Source: Syntrophomonadaceae bacterium (GTDB lineage: Bacteria > Bacillota > Syntrophomonadia > Syntrophomonadales > DTU052). Taken from it: a stretch of DNA of 64,000 bases. The notes under the pieces were generated by a model. The model did not search any database. It saw only the letters and a program-made list of their open reading frames with translations, and had not been told where the DNA came from. The translations under genes were made by a program, and so were the position numbers. Shown here piece by piece: positions 6,243 through 15,883 of this stretch. The stretch is taken from the NCBI GenBank assembly GCA_012729505.1, contig JAAYDA010000019.1:234-64233 (forward strand), read 5' to 3'. Position 1 is the stretch's first letter, and each line of letters opens with the position of its first letter.

Positions 6243-7925
6243 TTATTCACCACGTTTATCGGCTTCTTCAGCCCTTAATTCGCGGCGCAGCAACTTATTG
6301 GTTCCCGATTTCGGCAGTGCGTCTCTGAATTCAATATAGCGAGGCGCTTTATGTGGTGACATATTGTCGAGAGACCATTTCTTGAGCTCGTCTTCGGTCA
6401 CCTTGCCTTTAAAGCCTTCCTTTAATACGACAAAGGCCTTAACAACTTCACCCCGTCTCTCATCGGGCACCGGGATTACTGCAGATTCTGCAACCGCTTC
6501 ATTGAAAGATAACAGGGATTCTACATCTTCCGGGAACACTGAGACCCCGGAGACTTTTATCATCTCTTTAAATCTGCCGTACCAGAACAAGTAGCCATCC
6601 TCATCGATCATTCCCATGTCCCCGGTACGGACATAGCCATCAATCAATGCTTCCTCACTAGCTTCAGGCTTATTCCAATATCCTAAGAAGTTGCCCGGAC
6701 CCTTGATGCGGATTTCGCCTTGTTCACCATAAGGAAGAACCTTTTTGGGATCTTCGGTGTCAGTGATAATGATATCGTTTTCCGGCAGCGGGATTCCCTG
6801 GGCACCCCATTTAACCATGTGATAAGGCATCAAAGTATCCAGCGTATGGGTTTCCGTCAGACCGAAAGAGGACTCCCACACTGGGCATCCGGTGGCCTTC
6901 CTGAATTTTTCACTCAATTCCTCATTAACCGGAAGCACGAAGGAGGAGGAGGTACATACCCGCAAGGAGGACAGGTCATATTTGCCCAAGTCCGGATGAG
7001 CGGCAATAGCATGGTTAATGGGCGCAAGTGAATAGAAAAACGTAGCCTTATATTTGTCCATGACAGTCATCAATCCAACTGGATCAGGGGTAGGCAAAAG
7101 AAGCGCCGTACAGCCGATATACCAGGTGGCCAGCATTGCGTCCATACCGGCAATATGATAGAAGGGCATTGCTGTTACGTAAACATCAAAATCACGTACT
7201 CCCCATGCGTAATAAGCGGCATACGGCTTATAAATATGGGCCAAATGGCTTAGCATAGCCCCTTTGGGCATACCGGATGTGCCACTGGTATACTCCAGCA
7301 TGCAAACCTCATCCATATCCCAATCCAGGAATTTATAGGGTGTTGCATCACCATTCTTAAAGACTTCATAAAGATCATCGATATCTTCATCGGCGGTAAT
7401 ATACCTTGGTGTAGTATATGTTTCCGGGATGGGGGCTACTGGTTCCGCCGGGAGAAAATCGTTAAAGTTAGTATAAGCGAGGAATTTAACTGTCGGAATT
7501 TCCGGCCGGACTTTTTTGATAGCGGGGTAGAGAGCATCCGACATCAGAATACCAACCATACCGGCATCGTTGATCTGATAACGAAGCTCCATTTCCTTAA
7601 ACAAAACATTCAGGGGGCAAAGAATGGCTCCCGCTTTCAGGATGCCGAAATGAGCGGCAATATGCTCGGGGCAATTATACATATAAAGCCCGACCCTATC
7701 GCCTCTTTTTACGCCTTTGGATATAAGATAATTTGCTACCTGGTCAGACATTTTGTCCATTTCTTTAAAGGAGATTTCAGTGCCAAAAAATATCGTGCCT
7801 GGCTTGTCACCATAACGTAATGCATTGCGTCTAAGGATTTCATGGCCCGGTATTTTCCCATAAGGGTATTCAAACTTATTAGGTATGCCCAACTTGTCAT
7901 ACCACTTATACCATGGTCTTTCCAT
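6243..7925 (-). CDS. acyl-CoA synthetase / AMP-dependent ligase (paralogue 1)
   Basis: It has the AMP-binding motifs YTSGTSGMPKGA, GLTE and TGD..DEDGY. The start was moved to MERPWYKWYD (ATG 7925) behind RBS AGGAGGAG, because the track's N-terminal extension has no support. Confidence 0.9.
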   Translation of the reverse strand: MERPWYKWYDKLGIPNKFEYPYGKIPGHEILRRNALRYGDKPGTIFFGTEISFKEMDKMSDQVANYLISKGVKRGDRVGLYMYNCPEHIAAHFGILKAGAILCPLNVLFKEMELRYQINDAGMVGILMSDALYPAIKKVRPEIPTVKFLAYTNFNDFLPAEPVAPIPETYTTPRYITADEDIDDLYEVFKNGDATPYKFLDWDMDEVCMLEYTSGTSGMPKGAMLSHLAHIYKPYAAYYAWGVRDFDVYVTAMPFYHIAGMDAMLATWYIGCTALLLPTPDPVGLMTVMDKYKATFFYSLAPINHAIAAHPDLGKYDLSSLRVCTSSSFVLPVNEELSEKFRKATGCPVWESSFGLTETHTLDTLMPYHMVKWGAQGIPLPENDIIITDTEDPKKVLPYGEQGEIRIKGPGNFLGYWNKPEASEEALIDGYVRTGDMGMIDEDGYLFWYGRFKEMIKVSGVSVFPEDVESLLSFNEAVAESAVIPVPDERRGEVVKAFVVLKEGFKGKVTEDELKKWSLDNMSPHKAPRYIEFRDALPKSGTNKLLRRELRAEEADKRGE

Positions 7926-8215
7926 AAACACTCCTCCTGACATTATATTTATTGATCCACTACTTCGACTTCGGCTCAACCCGGCAGGTAACAATACCTT
8001 TGTGCAGTCCCCCTTTGGTAAAGCCGACAAATTCATCCGAGGTATCCAGGGGCGCCCCTTGACGTACATTGTTCGAACACATTAATACCTCGCAAATTAT
8101 TGTGGCAATACTCGAAATATTATATTAATAATATCATATTTGCTAGTGTTGTGTTTCTGTATTCAGTGTTATTTGCCAAACTGGCTGGTAAATTGGGATA
8201 CATTAACCTACCCCC

Positions 8216-8267
8216 GTTAGCTAGATGAGCAGACCCGCCTATAGGCGGGTCTGCTCATCTAGCTAAC
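8216..8267. terminator. long perfect palindrome; terminator after the carboxyltransferase gene
   Basis: GTTAGCTAGATGAGCAGACCCGCC TATA GGCGGGTCTGCTCATCTAGCTAAC forms a 24-bp stem. Confidence 0.7.
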
Positions 8268-8322
8268 AATGATGTAAGTATGAAACACCAATTTCAGTTG
8301 GGTTTCTTCTCTTCTATACGAT

Positions 8323-9933
8323 TTACCATGTATCAACAAAGCTATGCTTGGCGGCTGGTTTTGGTTTGGCCATAGTTGATTCCAGACTCCTTATGATCCA
8401 TTTTCGGGTATCAGCCGGGTCTATTACTGAATCTACTTCCAGATATGCAGCCATATTGACAGCTTTTCCTCTTTGGATCTGCTGGTTAAGAAGTTCATCA
8501 AACAAAGCCTGCTTTTCCACCGGGTCTTCGATAGCGTTGAGCTGCTTCTCATAACCTTTCTTGACAAAGCCCTCCAGCCCCATGCCGCCAAATTCTCCGG
8601 TCGGCCAGGCAGTGATTGGGCTCTGGGTAAAGCCGCCTTTGGCCATAGCCATGGCGCCAAGTCCATAGCCCCGCCTTGTTACAACCGACAAATAAGGAAC
8701 CGTTACATGAGCACCATTTACAAACATACGGCATACATGGCGCACCTGCCCCCGAGTCTCAATATCAGGGCCAACCATAAATCCAGGTGTGTCAATCAAT
8801 GACAAGATCGGCAGACCATGCGCATTACAGATTTGCATTAAACGGGCGGCCTTATCAGCTCCTTCAGCCTCTATAGCTCCGGCCTGATGTTTACAGTTAT
8901 TCGCAATAACCCCAAAGGGTTGTCCTTCAATCCGGATAAAGCCCGTAATCATCTCCAGACCAAAATCCTTTTTTAACTCCAGGAAGGAGTCAACATCTGC
9001 CAGGGTTTTTATCACCAGCCGCATATCATAAACCCGGCGGCGGTTTTCCGGAATCAACTTGCGTAGTTTCTTCTGATCTGGTACCTCCCAGTTTTCCGTC
9101 TTGCCCTGGAAGTAAGACAAGTACTTCTTAGCTGTCGCAACCGCTTCTGCGTCATCCTCTACCAGGATATCAATCACGCCACTCTTGGTCTGTACATCAA
9201 CCGGGCCAATTTCCTCGGGAGAAAACACCCCAATTCCACCACCCTCAATCATGACCGGGCCGCCCATACCAATGTTGGCATTCTTGGTGGCGATAATCAC
9301 ATCACAACACCCCAAGAGTGCTGCATTTCCGGCAAAACACCGCCCTGAAACAATACCTACTATGGGGGCTTTTCCACTGTAGGATCCAAACATGGCAAAG
9401 GTCGTACAATCCAAACCAGCGACCATTAGCCCGGTAGGTCCATCTGCATCAACATCACCAGGTCTGCCTCCGCCTCCTTCGGCAAAAAGGATTAACGGTA
9501 AACATTCTTCATGTGCAATCCGCAGCATGCGATCCTTCTTGCGGTGGTTGAAGTAGCCTTGGGTGCCGGCCAGGACCGAGTAATCATAAGCCAATATAAC
9601 GCAACGGGCTTTATCCGGTCCGAACTGGGAACCGTTAACTGAACCTATTCCGGTAATAAGCCCATCAGCTGGAGTCCTGGTCCGCAAGTCTTCCTCGGAA
9701 CGGCGTCCACGCTGTGCGGCGACCGCTAATGCACCGTACTCGACAAAGCTGTCCGGATCACAAAGCTCGTTAACGTTGGCGCGAGCTGTGCGCTGCTTAG
9801 TCTTCGCACGTTTCGCAACTATATCAGGGCGATTTTCATCCAAACCATAAGTATAAAGCTTGTACATTTCGGCCAATTCCGGACGAATTGCATAATTATC
9901 TGCTTTACTATTTGAGCTGCTGATAACGTACAC
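8323..9933 (-). CDS. acyl-CoA carboxylase carboxyltransferase (PccB/MmdA/GcdA-like, fused two-domain type)
   Basis: 536 aa with two crotonase-like carboxyltransferase halves (..AEGGGGRPGD..; ..LSLIDTPGFMVG..GQVRH..). The exact start is uncertain because a non-ATG start was used by the track. Confidence 0.85.
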   Translation of the reverse strand: MYVISSSNSKADNYAIRPELAEMYKLYTYGLDENRPDIVAKRAKTKQRTARANVNELCDPDSFVEYGALAVAAQRGRRSEEDLRTRTPADGLITGIGSVNGSQFGPDKARCVILAYDYSVLAGTQGYFNHRKKDRMLRIAHEECLPLILFAEGGGGRPGDVDADGPTGLMVAGLDCTTFAMFGSYSGKAPIVGIVSGRCFAGNAALLGCCDVIIATKNANIGMGGPVMIEGGGIGVFSPEEIGPVDVQTKSGVIDILVEDDAEAVATAKKYLSYFQGKTENWEVPDQKKLRKLIPENRRRVYDMRLVIKTLADVDSFLELKKDFGLEMITGFIRIEGQPFGVIANNCKHQAGAIEAEGADKAARLMQICNAHGLPILSLIDTPGFMVGPDIETRGQVRHVCRMFVNGAHVTVPYLSVVTRRGYGLGAMAMAKGGFTQSPITAWPTGEFGGMGLEGFVKKGYEKQLNAIEDPVEKQALFDELLNQQIQRGKAVNMAAYLEVDSVIDPADTRKWIIRSLESTMAKPKPAAKHSFVDTW

Positions 9934-10238
9934 CTTCTCTCTTCATTATTTAACTACTACATTTCCTTTAAGCTTACCAGTTAACAAGTCACAAGACCAA
10001 AACAGTTTTGTTTGTTGGCCCCAAACAAAGCCATTTCATTTACGGTTATACTATCGCTTCTAAGTCGTAAACGGAAGACAATTTATGACTAGAGCATCAT
10101 ATTATCTGCCTGAAGCTGTGACGGTACCTTCTGCCGCTGCCATAAACAAAACCTCCAAACAGATGCTCTCATTCTACATCTGCCCGGAGGTTGCACAAAA
10201 TCTGAAACGGTCTCGAATAAATTAGAAAGAAACCGCCC

Positions 10239-12176
10239 TTATATCTCTATGTTTAACTCCTTCAATCTTCGGTAAAGGGTTGTTCTGGACACACCTAATG
10301 CAATAGCTGTTGCAGATTTTTTATATTTGCATTCAGCCAGGCAATCCAAAATCCTCTGCTTTTCTAAAACTGCCCGTGAAGCACTATTGACGCAGCCCGG
10401 CTGGATATCCATGATAGCAGGTGCAACAATGCTTATCAGCTCACCGGTTATACTTTTTTCGGTCGCCAAAAGCACGGCTCCTTCAATAACATTTTGCATT
10501 TCTCTAACATTGCCGGGCCATTTGTAAGCTCTAAACGCTTCTACTACATCCGGATCGATCTTCAACGCCGGCATATTGAAACGTTGGCAGATCTTTTCCG
10601 TAATAGACCGCGATAATTCCAGAATATCTTCAGGTCTTTCCCGCAAAGGCGGGATTGCAATTTTGATTACCCCTAACCGATAAAAGAGGTCGCGACGAAA
10701 TCGGTTGCGCTCTATTTCGGCTTCCAAATCTTTATTAGTAGCCGCAATGATTCGCACATTGACTGAAACAAATTTGTCTCCCCCCAGGCGCATCACCTTC
10801 TTATCTTCCAAAAACCGCAACAGGGAAGCTTGAATGTCTAACGGCATATCTCCAATTTCATCTAAAAAGATAGTCCCCTGATCAGCTATCTCAAATTTGC
10901 CTAAATTACCGCCCTTTCGGGCCCCTGTAAAAGCCCCGTCCTCATAACCAAAAAGCTCGCTGGCGATTAATTCCCTCGGTAAGGCGGCACAGTTAATGGC
11001 TAAATACGGGTTATTGTTCCTGGAGCTTGCATTGTGCATGGCCTGAGCAACCATATCCTTGCCGGTTCCGCTTTCGCCCAGCAATAAGACATTGGAAGTG
11101 ACTGCCGCTGCGGTCTGCGCGGTTTTCAATATCTTCGAGAAATTTACGTCTTTCGCTACAATATCTTTAAAGGTTACCGTAGCCCCGCCTCCAATATTGT
11201 TTTGAACCAATTTATTGATACGGTGGCGTTCCCTGATAATGATGACTACACCGCCACCTTGCGAATTAACATTTTTCAACGGTGTGCAAGTGACACTGCA
11301 GGGCACCACCTGCTTGCCGATCCTCAGACTGAAGTTCTCATCAGTAAAAGACCGCCCCTGGGTGATCTGGTTGATGAAGTATTGATTATCCGGGTTGTTG
11401 CCTAAAAGGTCGTAAATGCTTTTACCCACCACCGGTTGATTGTTTCCGATATGAAATATTTTGAAACAGTTCTCGTTCATCAGATTGATTACCAGGTTGG
11501 AATCTAATGAAAATAAACCTTCATTCATGGAATCGATAATCACTTCATAAAGGTCCTCAACCTTCTTCTTTTGCATCTTTGATTTAATGTGCATGGCCGC
11601 GGCAACCACCATGCCCAGAGTATGGCTGCCGCCTCCTTTATCATAGGGCGCCACCAACCCCAGCCCCCCAACAAGTCTGCCTTCATCTATAATTGGTGTA
11701 GAAAAACTGCTGACAACATGGGAAAACAGGCAAAAGTGTTCGTAACCATACAAATAATAAGGTTTAGCCAGCAACAAACTCATTGATCCCGAATTGGTTC
11801 CAACCAGTTCCTCCAGCCACAGTGCTCCTGATACAGCACGGGCATCTTTGGCCCAACGAAGTGCTTCCGAGTCCCCAATAACATCAAGCCAACATAGGTT
11901 AGGATCCGATAGCCCTATCACAAATCCCGAACCGGCCACGTATTCCAATAAGCCGTCCATAACCGGGCGGCTGGTTTCTATCAGAAAACTGGAGGCTTCA
12001 CGCCTTTGTTTGAGTTCCGCTTCTGTACAAATATATGGATTTTCCCGTAAATAAGGATTGATCTGGTAATCGCTGCTCCGTTCCCAAGAGTCCCTGATTT
12101 CTGCACGAAGGGAGCTCCGCTTTTCAGGGCAGCGATGCAATTCCTCCCACTTTTGCCGCAGTTCTTTTCTGTTCAC
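10239..12176 (-). CDS. sigma-54-dependent transcriptional activator (sensor domains + AAA+ + Fis-type HTH)
   Basis: It has Walker A GESGTGKD, the sigma-54 contact loop GAFTGA, and a C-terminal HTH (SATAIALGVSRTTLYRRLK). The N-terminal ~330 aa are GAF/PAS-like sensor regions. Confidence 0.9.
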   Translation of the reverse strand: MNRKELRQKWEELHRCPEKRSSLRAEIRDSWERSSDYQINPYLRENPYICTEAELKQRREASSFLIETSRPVMDGLLEYVAGSGFVIGLSDPNLCWLDVIGDSEALRWAKDARAVSGALWLEELVGTNSGSMSLLLAKPYYLYGYEHFCLFSHVVSSFSTPIIDEGRLVGGLGLVAPYDKGGGSHTLGMVVAAAMHIKSKMQKKKVEDLYEVIIDSMNEGLFSLDSNLVINLMNENCFKIFHIGNNQPVVGKSIYDLLGNNPDNQYFINQITQGRSFTDENFSLRIGKQVVPCSVTCTPLKNVNSQGGGVVIIIRERHRINKLVQNNIGGGATVTFKDIVAKDVNFSKILKTAQTAAAVTSNVLLLGESGTGKDMVAQAMHNASSRNNNPYLAINCAALPRELIASELFGYEDGAFTGARKGGNLGKFEIADQGTIFLDEIGDMPLDIQASLLRFLEDKKVMRLGGDKFVSVNVRIIAATNKDLEAEIERNRFRRDLFYRLGVIKIAIPPLRERPEDILELSRSITEKICQRFNMPALKIDPDVVEAFRAYKWPGNVREMQNVIEGAVLLATEKSITGELISIVAPAIMDIQPGCVNSASRAVLEKQRILDCLAECKYKKSATAIALGVSRTTLYRRLKELNIEI

Positions 12177-12202
12177 CGAGTCTTCCTCCTAAACCCCAGT
12201 GA

Positions 12203-12273
12203 TTGAAACAAATTGAAACATTCTGGCCGTATTTTAGGCTGTTTCATTTTAAATATACTTTATTCGTGAAACA
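12203..12273 (+). promoter_or_regulatory. TGAAACA repeat cluster, candidate upstream activator sites for the sigma-54 activator
   Basis: TTGAAACA occurs at 12203 and 12213, inverted TGTTTCA at 12240, and GTGAAACA at 12266. The cluster lies about 110-180 nt upstream of the -24/-12 promoter. Confidence 0.35.
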
Positions 12274-12379
12274 CAATGCAACATAATGTTCAATATGTGC
12301 GTATCAATCCTATATACCACATCATAAGATTCCGATTAAAAACCCTGAAGTTAGGGGCTTCCAGACCCAATTCGTAAGT

Positions 12380-12395
12380 TGGCACACATTTTGCA
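12380..12395 (+). promoter_or_regulatory. sigma-54 (-24/-12) promoter
   Basis: TGGCAC-acatt-TTGCA is an exact match to TGGCAC-N5-TTGCA. It lies about 140 nt upstream of the 12534 start and is divergent from the sigma-54 activator gene. Confidence 0.75.
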
Positions 12396-12533
12396 ATTGC
12401 TAAAAGGCACCGCCGCTCCGAAATAATATCATGACAGGTAAAAGTCTAGGAGGGATGCATCAGCAACCGATGAACAATTTGTACCACATATTATACTTCA
12501 ATTAGCAAACATTAACGAGAAAGGGTGTTGAAA

Positions 12534-14150
12534 ATGATCGACAAAAGCAAACGATTAGTAAGGCCGACTCAAACTCTGGAGCAGGCCGTACCGCTTAAAA
12601 ACAGGCAGATCTATTTTGACAGCATAGCCGAGATGTTCAAAGTGAGAGCTCAAGAATCGCCGGATTCTATATTTGTTTACTACTATGATCAAGTCATTAC
12701 CTATGCCCAGACTAATGAAAGATCTAATCGGGTAGCTAATTTTCTGAAAAGCGAGGGAGTAAAAAAAGGTGATTTCATATCAGTAATGGTTATGAATTCA
12801 CCCGAATGCTACTACACCATGTTTGGAGCCCAGAAGCTTGGAGCAGTCGCCGGTGCGATCAATTATATGCTGAAAGGTCCGGAAATAGCCTATGTCCTTG
12901 ATGACTGCAAACCCAAAGTGGCCTTTGTGAGCAGTGAGTTTATGAGTGAGTTCGCACGCGGCTGGGAATTAGCTGAGCATAAGCCGTTGGTAGTGGAAGT
13001 TGTCACCGGAGTCGATCATGGCACCCAGGTGGCATCTTTTGAACTCACCGATATTCTGGAATCATATCCAAATGACGAAGCCTTAGTGCCTCAGTCACCG
13101 GATGATCCGTTTATGCTGCTCTATTCTTCAGGTACCACCGGACACCCTAAAGGAATTCTGCTTTCCAACCGGAACCAATTGGCGAACTGCCAACTCTCGG
13201 CCAAAATGAAAGTTCTGGAAGCGGGTGACATTATGATGGTCATCCTGCCCATGTTCCATACCAACCCACTTTGCGTTTTCACTTATCCGCTTGCCTACCA
13301 GGGGTTGACCGTTTGTATACGCAAAACATTCTCTCCGGACGACTTCTGGCCCGCACTCATGCAATACGGGGTAACTGTTGTGATGGCAGTTCCAGCCATG
13401 TATGCCTATGTTTATAGCACAATCGATCCTGATACCATAGACCTTTCCAAGCTTAAGCTGAGATATGCCTTCGCAGGCGCAGCCCCATTCCCAGTCGAAT
13501 TGGTTCAAGCCTTCCAGGAAAAGTTTGGGGTAACAGTAATAGACGGCTATGGGCTGACCGAGGCCGCCGGTCTGTCAACCCAGAGTTTCAACCTGCCCGC
13601 GAATTGGAGATCCATAGGAGCAGCCGTCCCAGATCAGGAAGTCGAGATCATGGACGAAAATAACAACATTTTACCCTATGGAGAAAAAGGGGAAATCTGC
13701 ATCAAAAGCGATGTAGTTATGCTGGGATACTTGAATCAGCCCGAAGCAACCGCCGAAGCAATCAAAGACGGGTGGCTTCACACGGGTGACATGGGCTATA
13801 TGGATGAACAGGGTTATGTTTATATCGCCGGACGAAAAAAAGAAATGATCAATCGGGGCGGTGAAAATATTTACCCCCGGGAAATTGAAATACCGTTGGA
13901 AGGTCATCCCCAAATAGCTGAAGCTGTAGTAATAGGTATCGCCGACCCCTCCCTGGGTGAACGAGTAAAAGCCTGCATCATTTTAAAGGAACCCGGAACA
14001 CTCACTGCGGAGGAAGTTAAGACCTATCTGTCCGATAAGATTGCCAAGTACAAAATCCCGGAATTTGTGGAATTTATGAATGATTTCCCGCGTAATTCAA
14101 CCGGTAAGGTACTAAAGCTGGAACTAAAGAAAATGTACGAGGCTAAATAG
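12534..14150 (+). CDS. acyl-CoA synthetase / AMP-dependent ligase (paralogue 2)
   Basis: It has YSSGTTGHPKGI, GYGLTE and TGDMGYMDEQGY. ATG 12534 lies 8 nt after RBS GAGAAAGGG, whereas the track begins at GTG 12525. Confidence 0.9.
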   Translation: MIDKSKRLVRPTQTLEQAVPLKNRQIYFDSIAEMFKVRAQESPDSIFVYYYDQVITYAQTNERSNRVANFLKSEGVKKGDFISVMVMNSPECYYTMFGAQKLGAVAGAINYMLKGPEIAYVLDDCKPKVAFVSSEFMSEFARGWELAEHKPLVVEVVTGVDHGTQVASFELTDILESYPNDEALVPQSPDDPFMLLYSSGTTGHPKGILLSNRNQLANCQLSAKMKVLEAGDIMMVILPMFHTNPLCVFTYPLAYQGLTVCIRKTFSPDDFWPALMQYGVTVVMAVPAMYAYVYSTIDPDTIDLSKLKLRYAFAGAAPFPVELVQAFQEKFGVTVIDGYGLTEAAGLSTQSFNLPANWRSIGAAVPDQEVEIMDENNNILPYGEKGEICIKSDVVMLGYLNQPEATAEAIKDGWLHTGDMGYMDEQGYVYIAGRKKEMINRGGENIYPREIEIPLEGHPQIAEAVVIGIADPSLGERVKACIILKEPGTLTAEEVKTYLSDKIAKYKIPEFVEFMNDFPRNSTGKVLKLELKKMYEAK

Positions 14151-14339
14151 AGCATGATATTTGAAGCTGACATAATGGATATGTAATCTATTGAAAGAAA
14201 GAGCATCCCCTACAACTGGATTTACAGCAAACTTTCGGGAAGAGGCAGCTTTCACTGCCTTTTCCCCTATAATTTCGCTTTTGTCCATAAAAATAAAGCC
14301 TCCGTCCTTTCAATTAGCATATTAAAGGTGGAGACCTCA

Positions 14340-14810
14340 TTATTCGCTTACATCACACAATTCAAAATCGATAATTCTTTTCAGCTCCGCCAGGCTTATT
14401 TCAATTTGATAGCCGATTTTCCCGGCACTGAAAATTATTGTCTCATGATTGTTAGCGCTTTCATCAATTACAGTTTTAAATCTCTTTTTCATGCCAATCG
14501 GCGAACAGCCGCCATGTATATAGCCGGTAAGCGCTAAAAGATCCTTGGACTTAATCATCTCGATTTTCTTTTCCGCCACACTCTTCGCGGCTTTCTTTAA
14601 ATCTAATTCCCTGTTTACCGGAATCAAAAAAACATAATGAGCCGCAGATTTTCCTGTGGTCACCAATGTCTTGAAAACCAGGGCCGGATCCTGAGATAAA
14701 GCCCTGGCAACATCAAGTCCGCTTATCGCCCCAGTATTTACGTAATTGTGGTATGTATATTTGATTTTATTTTTATCCAGGATCCTCATAACATTTGTTT
14801 TATCTTCCAT
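14340..14810 (-). CDS. ybaK: YbaK/ProX-type aminoacyl-tRNA trans-editing deacylase
   Basis: 156 aa. The pattern ..FKTLV....HYVFLIP....LDLKK.A......ELLALTGYIHGGCSPIG is the YbaK family signature. Confidence 0.75.
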   Translation of the reverse strand: MEDKTNVMRILDKNKIKYTYHNYVNTGAISGLDVARALSQDPALVFKTLVTTGKSAAHYVFLIPVNRELDLKKAAKSVAEKKIEMIKSKDLLALTGYIHGGCSPIGMKKRFKTVIDESANNHETIIFSAGKIGYQIEISLAELKRIIDFELCDVSE

Positions 14811-14959
14811 ATGCCTCCACTCCTGCCAAACCCAATGCTCCCTGTATGAACCATTACCAAGATAAAATGGCCGGCAAGCCGGGAACGGCCATTATATTGA
14901 TTATCTCAGGTGGTGGGAAATTCTGTCCAAACTCACATATGCCGATTATAGCATTGAAG

Positions 14960-15838
14960 CTACTTCAAAAACACCGACATTTCCACGGAATTGTTCTCCG
15001 TTCCGGGCCGGCCGTTTAAAAGGTTTTCTCTCCATTGCTTCATATGCAAGTTTCCCTGGGGATGAGTAAATATCATAAACTGTCCATCTTCCAGACCCTT
15101 GAATGCAATATCAACACATTGTTCAACCGGAATCCCCAGACTAACAAACTTCTTGCTGAGATAGTTGGCTTTCATCTGAGCCGGAGTCTTTTTGAAGGCC
15201 ACCCCTTCCTCATCCAGCGCATAGCGAGGAGAGCGGTTTCCCTCGATATCCCCGAAGTCAGTGGCGACAAAGCCCGGGCAAAGACCGTGAATCCATACTT
15301 TAGTGCCTTCGGCGCGCATCTGCAGTTCCAGGGATTCTGTTAGGGATAAGGCGGCGAACTTACTGGCGGCATAGGGTTGATTGGCAGCAAAGGAAAAGAA
15401 CGCCGACACCGAAAGAGTATTGATCACATGGCATTCCCTGTTCTGCTCAACCATGCGAGGGACAAAAGCCTGAGCTGCATATACCAGAGCCATGGTATTT
15501 ACTGCAAAGACCCATTCGAAATCCTTTAGGTAGGCTTCTGTTGCGTGGCCGCCCGCTGAAGCTCCCGCGTTATTAAACAAATAATCAACCGAGCCGAAGG
15601 CATCGAAAGTCAGGTTGGCGAATTTCTGCACCTCTTCCCTGCTGCTGACATCAATTATGTTGGCTATGACTTCCACCCCTCTGGCTTTCAGAGCAGTCTC
15701 CACCTCCGCCAGCTTAGGGCCATTAATGTCGGCCAGGGAAAGCCGGGCCCCATATTCGCCGAACCTCCCGGCCAAGCCTCTGCCAATACCACTGGCAGCG
15801 CCGGTGATAGCTATAATTTTTCCTGTGTAATCAGTCAT
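14960..15838 (-). CDS. short-chain dehydrogenase/reductase (SDR)
   Basis: It has TGAASGIG (the Rossmann TGxxxGIG), NNAG and the catalytic YAASK. Confidence 0.85.
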   Translation of the reverse strand: MTDYTGKIIAITGAASGIGRGLAGRFGEYGARLSLADINGPKLAEVETALKARGVEVIANIIDVSSREEVQKFANLTFDAFGSVDYLFNNAGASAGGHATEAYLKDFEWVFAVNTMALVYAAQAFVPRMVEQNRECHVINTLSVSAFFSFAANQPYAASKFAALSLTESLELQMRAEGTKVWIHGLCPGFVATDFGDIEGNRSPRYALDEEGVAFKKTPAQMKANYLSKKFVSLGIPVEQCVDIAFKGLEDGQFMIFTHPQGNLHMKQWRENLLNGRPGTENNSVEMSVFLK

Positions 15839-15883
15839 GTGTTATCTCCTTTCTGAGATAAGCTAATCCTTACCACTAAAGAT

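Noticed and set aside
8101-8118. Possible sigma-54 promoter (minus strand TTGCCAC-aataa-TTTGCG) upstream of ligase paralogue 1
   Set aside because: The invariant -24 GG dinucleotide is GC here. This differs from the exact match at 12380-12395, so I do not call it.
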